From: Octopus vulgaris
Taxonomy: Eukaryota
DNA length: 64,000 nucleotides
Assembly: GCA_951406725.2 (NCBI GenBank)
Contig: OX597833.1
Coordinates: 38,006,001-38,070,000 of the forward strand
Reading direction: 5' to 3'
Numbering within the stretch: position 1 is the first letter of the stretch; each line of letters begins with the position of its first letter. The notes under the pieces were generated by a model, which was not told where the DNA came from, made no database searches, and saw only the letters and a program-made list of their open reading frames with translations. Shown in pieces: positions 63,166 to 64,000 of this stretch. The position numbers and the translations under genes were made by a program.

Positions 63166-64000
63166 GAAGCAGTTCAGCAAAAGAGACCGATAGAATAAGT
63201 ACTGGGCTTACAAAGAATAAATCCCGGGGTTGAGTTGCTCGACTAAAGGCGGTGCTCCAGCATGGCCACAGTCAAATGACTGAAACAAGTAAAAGAGTAT
63301 GTAGTAAGAAGTCTGCTTCCCAACCACAGAGTTCTGCCTGTCAGTGTGTGTGTGTGTGTGTGTGATCATCTCCTTGCCTTGACACCACATGACAGTTGTA
63401 AATGAGTCTCCTGTTCGTGGGGCCTCGAGATTGATGCATGTCATCTGTGTCATACATTTACATTTTTCCAGTTAATCCTGGAAAAATAATTACCTGTTAA
63501 CTATTTTAAGAAAAACTAGAAAAACCCAGAAAATTCACAATTTCTCTCTCTCTCTCTCCACCGCTGCTAAATTGTCGACAGCTCTTTACTCCTTTGTTCT
63601 TACAAGGTTATAATCTTGTATTTATTCCCACTACACAAAGTTGAAGTTAAACAGATCGCATTAACAAGAACAGCTATCCAACTAAAAAGAAAAAAATGCA
63701 AATAAATCCATAAAAAAAAAAGCTTATCTTCACTGCAACACCCCTTACACAAATTCTTTTTGGTTACACCCAGTTTCTGTTCCTTACAAAACAAAACTAT
63801 GGATACAGATATCTCTGCAACTCCCCACCTCTCTCTCTCTTTTACTTTTATTATAAAGAATTGCTTGGCAGAACATAAAGTCCAATAACTGGTTTCATTG
63901 CTGAAGTACAACTTTAACCCTTTTTGTTACCATATTTCTGTTCAAATGCACTGCTTTCGTTCCAATTAATTTTGAAATTAATGAAGAATTTAGTAAAATA

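Overview
AT-rich, microsatellite-dense eukaryotic DNA. The SINE, RTE and Penelope repertoire resembles that of an Octopus genome (inference). One host coding exon is recognisable: 50480-50690 on the minus strand, AMP deaminase 2-like, with canonical splice sites. The rest is intronic or intergenic DNA filled with tRNA-derived SINEs, RTE/CR1/CRE/R4-type LINE fragments, mariner/maT/pogo/piggyBac/Merlin/Helitron relics and Penelope-like (GIY-YIG) pieces. The main finding is at 1-2236: a near-perfect head-to-tail array of a non-coding 505-bp unit. Each unit carries a complete type I hammerhead ribozyme plus several strong hairpins (two with UUCG loops), which fits a retrozyme-like self-cleaving/circular-RNA element. 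Seven more hammerhead motifs with unrelated helix sequences are scattered across the window, including a U3-A8 covariant core. Most sit next to (TA)n or other simple-repeat tracts, and many fold-back inversions occur nearby. All calls come from reading the sequence by eye; no database searches or folding programs were run.
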